A stretch of DNA of 64,000 bases from the human T2T-CHM13v2.0 reference genome, Homo sapiens. The position numbers and the translations under genes were made by a program. Within the stretch, counting starts at the first letter, position 1. Every line of letters starts with the position of its first letter. Location of the stretch: assembly GCF_009914755.1 (NCBI RefSeq), contig NC_060927.1. The stretch is one strand, 5' to 3'. The notes under the pieces are model-generated. The model worked only from the letters and a program-made list of their open reading frames with translations. It did no database searches and was not told where the DNA came from. Of this stretch, positions 59,946 through 64,000 are shown piece after piece.

Positions 59946-60262
59946 CCCTCATTACCCAGCTTCAAAACTTGTTAACTCATGGTTTTTCCTGTCTCACTCC
60001 TCCCCTCTGCCTTGATTATTTTGAAGCAAACTCCAGATATCATATTATTTTATCCATAATAATTTCAGTAGATTTCTCTAAATGTCGGAGGCTCTCTTCA
60101 TGAAAAAACAACAAGCAAAACACTGCATTTTTTAATTATTAAATTTTTAGTCAACGTTCACATATTCTTAATGCTTTTATAATTTTCTTTAAGTACATAT
60201 CTATTTCTCCCTTTATCCTCTCTCTTATATGAGTTTGTTTGAATTAAGATCCAAATAAACTA

Positions 60263-60387
60263 GCGTGGTGGTGCGTGCCTGTGAGTGCCTGCAGTCCCAG
60301 CAACTCAGGAGGCTGAAGCAGGAGAATTGCTTGAGCCAGGAGTTCTTCCAGTCTAGGCTGAGCAAAATAGTGAGAACCCTATCTCTT
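60263..60387 (+). mobile_element. FLAM-like Alu monomer
   Basis: GCGTGGTGGTGCGTGCCTG..GTCCCAGC..GGAGAATTGCTTGAGCC..ATAGTGAGA. Confidence 0.8.
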
Positions 60388-60938
60388 ACAATTTTTTTTT
60401 AATCCTACTAAAAGCAATTGCAATTGTTTGCTATGTCTTTCAGGTCTTTTATTTTTAATCTATTAATATGTCCTATCTTTTCTCATTTATTTCTCTTTTC
60501 TTTGGTAATTAATTTGTTAAAGAATCTGCATCATTTTGCGTAAATTTTTTCACAATTTGGATTTTGCTTCTTTTGGTGTTAACTGACATATCTGCCCTTC
60601 CCTTGATTTGCAGTATATAAAAACAATTAGATATAAAGGCTTAATTAATTCTGATAGATTTTTTGGTGGGGGCAAGAATATGTGTACAGCCGTCAATGCT
60701 TTTGTATACTTCTATCTTGATGCATGTGGGCTGTGGATGCCTGTCTTAAAGTAATGCTACCTCTACTGATGATCATTGTCTGTTATTTTACTAGGGAATA
60801 AAAAACAAAACCAAAACAAATATCTCTGGACAGCATCATCACAAGCTTATGACTCTACCCTAGACTTTCTTGCTTTGAGCCAGGGAGGGAGTAGGCAAAG
60901 TGTGACTCAGTGGGATTAAATCAGCAAAATTAGTAATA

Positions 60939-61238
60939 TTTTATTTATTTATTCATTTTATTTATTTTTTAATAATTTTTTGAGACAGAGTTTTACTCTG
61001 TCACCCAGGCTAAAGTGCAGTGGTGCAATGTCAGCTCACTGCAACCTCAGCCTCCAGAGTTCAAGGGATTCTTCTGCCTCAGCCTCAAAGAGTAGCTGGG
61101 ATTACAGAGGTGCACCACCACGCCCAGCTAATTTTTGTATTTTTAGTAGGCTGGTCTTGAACTCCTGGCCTCAAGTGATTTGCCCACCTCAGCTTCCCAA
61201 AGTGCTGGGATTACAGATGTGAGCCACCACACCTGGCC
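60939..61238 (-). mobile_element. AluS with ~25-bp internal deletion
   Basis: TTTTAGTAG joins directly to GCTGGTCTTGAACTCC; the usual AGACGGGGTTTCACCATGTTGGCC block is absent. Confidence 0.93.
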
Positions 61239-61427
61239 ATAATTAGCATATTTTGAAAACAATAATAACTAAGATTTCACCGTATTTACTGTGTTCTGCC
61301 TCAAGTCATTTGTCATTTATTGACTATATATCTGTCTCCTTGATTGTAAATTTCTTAAGAATAGAGACTGTATCAAGTTTAACCATTGTATCCCCAACAT
61401 CTAGAAGCATCAGCTGAGATGTTGTAG

Positions 61428-61964
61428 TGAGAGGTGAAGCCAGCTGGACTTCTGGGTCGGGTGGGGACTTGGAGAACTTTTCTGTCTTACAAGAGGATTG
61501 TAAAATGCACCAATCAGCACTCTGTAGCTAGGATTGTAAAACGCACTGATCAGTGCTCTGTGGCTAGCTAGGGGTTTGTAAAATGTGCCAATCAGTGCTC
61601 TGTGGCTAGTTAGAGGTGTGTAAAATGGACCAATCAGCACTCTGTAGAATGGACCGATCAGCACTCAGTAAACTGGACCAATCAGTGCTCTGTAAAATGG
61701 ACCCATCAGCAGGGTGTGGGCGGGGACAAATAAGGGAATAAAGCTGCCCTACACCCCACCCCCCCATAAGCCAGCAGTGGCAACCTGCTTGGGTCCCCTT
61801 CCCTGCTGTGGAAGCTTTGTTCTTTCACAATAAGTCTTGCTGCTGCTCACTCTTTGGGTCCCTGCCACCTTTAAGAGCTGTAACACTCACTGTGAAGGTC
61901 CGTGGCTTCATTCTTGAAGTCCGCGAGACCAAGAACCCACCAGAAGGAACCAACTGTGGATGCA
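61428..61964 (+). mobile_element. LTR12-family (ERV9, LTR12F-like) solo LTR inserted in an L2 3' end
   Basis: TGAGAGGTGAAGCCAGCTGGACTTC start, tandem GTAAAATGGACCAATCAGCACTCT units, GAGCTGTAACACTCAC, AAGAACCCACCAGAAGGAAC end; GTAG/GTGG flanks. Confidence 0.93.
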
Positions 61965-62106
61965 GTGGGATATCGATAGATACTTGATGGGTAGATGAAT
62001 GAATGTGAGAGTGAATGAGTAATTTAATGAGTAAATGGATTAATGCATGCTATGACAGATGCTGTGCTTTCAATCTTTTGGAGTACACAGATAAGTAAAT
62101 AACGCA

Positions 62107-62630
62107 CTAGTCATCTCTTGCTACATAACAAATTAATGCAAAAATTAGCAGATTAAAATAATGAAAACATATCCCAGTTTCTATGGGCAAGAAATTCAGG
62201 AGAAGCTTAACTAGCTGGTTCTGGCTTAAGGTCCATCAGGTGGCAGTTGAGATGTCTGCTGGGGCTGTAGCGATTTTCAGGCTTGAGTAGAGCCAGAGAA
62301 TACATTTCCAACATTCCTCCTTCATGTGGCTATTGGCAGAAAGCCCTCTTTCCCTGCCAGCTGTTCTTTGACAGGTGAACCACTGCATAGGAATGCTTGA
62401 GTGTCCTTACAACATGGCTTCTCCCATTGTAAGTGATGTAAGAGAGAGCAAGAAGGAGGCCAGAGTGCCTTTGATAACTTAGTCTCAGAAGTCATGCATG
62501 TTACTCCTACCTTACTGTGTTCATTAGAAATGAGTCACTAATTCCAGCCCACACTCAATGGGAGGGTAATCAGGCTACACCCTTTGAAAGGAGTTCTAAA
62601 GGATTTTTTGATATATTTTAAAACACCACA
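62107..62630 (-). mobile_element. MLT1G/H-like MaLR LTR
   Basis: TGCTACATAACAAATTA..GAATGCTTGAGTGTCCTTACAACATGGC..AGAAATGAGTCACT..CCCACACTCAA..AAAACACCACA. Confidence 0.8.
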
Positions 62631-62844
62631 GGTAATAATTACCACAAAGTACAACAAAGACTACAGTAAAGAATTGTCCAAAGTCATTTAGCTGTAAATG
62701 GAATGCTACTGTAGAGGAATACGCAGTTTATTAAGGGCTTTGAAATCTGGGCTAAAATCCCAGCTAGTTCTATTGTTAGCTGAATGCATGGCCTTAGGTA
62801 AATTACTTTCTTTCTTTGGGTCACATTTTTGACAACTGAAAAAG

Positions 62845-63275
62845 TGTTACCAAAACACCAGGAGGTCGGTCTAGGGCTCCTTGCTCACCACACAGAAAAC
62901 CAATTACTGAGACAATGAGTATTGCCACAGAAGAAGGCGTTTTACTTGGGTGAAGTCACTCAAAGAGATAGGAGATCAGTTTGAAATCCGTCTTTCCCAG
63001 CTGACTGAAATTCGGGGTTTATATAGCTAGAGAGGTGATGTAGCTGCGTGCAGGGGAAACAGAAATTGAGGAGGGGTGAGGAAGTCATCATGATGGATGA
63101 GGGGTCTGCCTCTTGTTTGTATGCTGTGATCTAGAGAGTTTCAGCAGCTCCTTTTCTGAGGAAGGAACTCAGACAAGGCAAGTGTAAGTTACAAATTGTA
63201 AGACTACAGAGGGTTAATGTCTTGTTTATTTAAAACTGTCAATATCGGTTCCGTGGAACAGTTGGGCCAGTTTTA
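62845..63275 (-). mobile_element. ERV1-class solo LTR (MER4-group, family uncertain) inserted in a MIR
   Basis: TGTTACCAAAACACCAGG..GGGGTTTATATAGC..GGGCCAGTTTTA; 4-bp TSD AAAG at 62841-62844 and 63276-63279. Confidence 0.75.
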
Positions 63276-63339
63276 AAAGTAGAGGATTAAACTTGTGCAT
63301 AATGGTAGTCATAATAAAATAAAACCACCTTTATTAAAT

Positions 63340-63500
63340 ACATGGTATAGTGCCAACATTCGAAGTACAATATGTGACGTATTCATTTTAATCCTCATGA
63401 TTGCCACTATAGTATTGTTTTAGAGACAAAGAAACTGAGACCTAAGGAGATTAAGTAACTTGCCCAATGTCACCCACTGGTGGCAACAGAATCTAGACTC
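63340..63500 (-). mobile_element. MIR SINE
   Basis: TTTAATCCTCA..GAAACTGAGACCTAAGGAGATTAAGTAACTTGCCCAATGTCAC. Confidence 0.8.
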
Positions 63501-63534
63501 TGGCAATTGCAATTTCATGTTATAGTTCAGTTTT

Positions 63535-63706
63535 AAACCCTTGCTCCTTAACTTGTTGTTTGGGGCTGGTAGCATGAGCATCACCTTGGAGCCTGGAGGG
63601 AAAACAGAGTCTTAGTCCGCACTCCAGGCCTCTTGAAGCAGAGTCTGCATTTTAACATGAGCCCCAGCTGCTTCAGAGGCACTTAAAACTTGGGAGCCAT
63701 TGCTCT
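63535..63706. mobile_element. MER5A hAT MITE
   Basis: GCATCACCTTGGAGCC..GCAGAGTCTGCATTTTAACATGAGCCCCAG..TTGGGAGCCATTG. Confidence 0.7.
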
Positions 63707-64000
63707 AATGACACATGCTATTGCTGTCTCTAAGAAGACTTCCAGTCATAGAATAATTCTAAATTCTGTACATTTAATAACCATGTGAAAGCTATGCACA
63801 TAAAAGACAAGGGAACTTTGGGCTCGTTAATATAACGAGGTTGTTGGTGTTTCCACACCTCCCTTTTCCTGACAATTTTCAACAAAATTAAGAACCAGTC
63901 AGACTTTAAAAAGGAAAGTTTTAGATTGTGCTTTTAATAATTAGACTAATAAGCAACTAAGCTGGGCCACAAAGAGGTTTGGGAAAATTTGTCTTCTCCA

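Noticed and set aside
61495-61710. Regularly spaced repeats resembling a CRISPR array
   Set aside because: They are LTR12 CCAAT enhancer units with no unique spacers, in eukaryotic DNA with no cas genes

Overview
This is AT-rich, CpG-poor primate (human-like) non-coding genomic DNA, either intergenic or intronic. I find no credible protein-coding exon, tRNA, rRNA or CRISPR array; every ORF in the track that I could assign is chance or repeat-derived. The window is a dense mosaic of transposable elements: about 15 Alu copies or fragments (J, S and Y types), old L1M/L1P 3' ends, long L2 remnants, CR1/L3, MIRs, MaLR LTRs (MLT1, a solo THE1 LTR, and a full-length THE1C-type element with a perfect 5-bp target-site duplication (TSD)), LTR12, other ERV1/ERVL LTRs, and DNA-transposon MITEs (MADE1, MER58, MER5, MER63-like). 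The signal that repeat annotation does not explain is a set of local templated rearrangements. (i) A ~325-bp direct copy of an internal L2 segment lies ~3.3 kb upstream of its donor, ends in an A-run and was later split by an AluY-type element (17124-17796 vs 20447-20772). (ii) A ~215-bp, ~90% identical inverted duplication brackets 3.1 kb (52698-52911 vs 56056-56279). (iii) A 30-bp Alu-internal fragment sits between perfect 20-bp direct repeats (13628-13697). (iv) There are micro-inversion and quasi-palindrome scars, a tandem Alu pair with three copies of one TSD, and a 5'-inverted L1. A CRE + TATA-like + splice-donor cassette (18.8-19.0 kb) is a candidate unannotated promoter and first exon. 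Repeat subfamily names are from memory of consensus sequences and identities are hand counts; both need RepeatMasker/Dfam and alignment confirmation. I could not identify the chromosomal locus and see no evidence for a novel multi-gene system.
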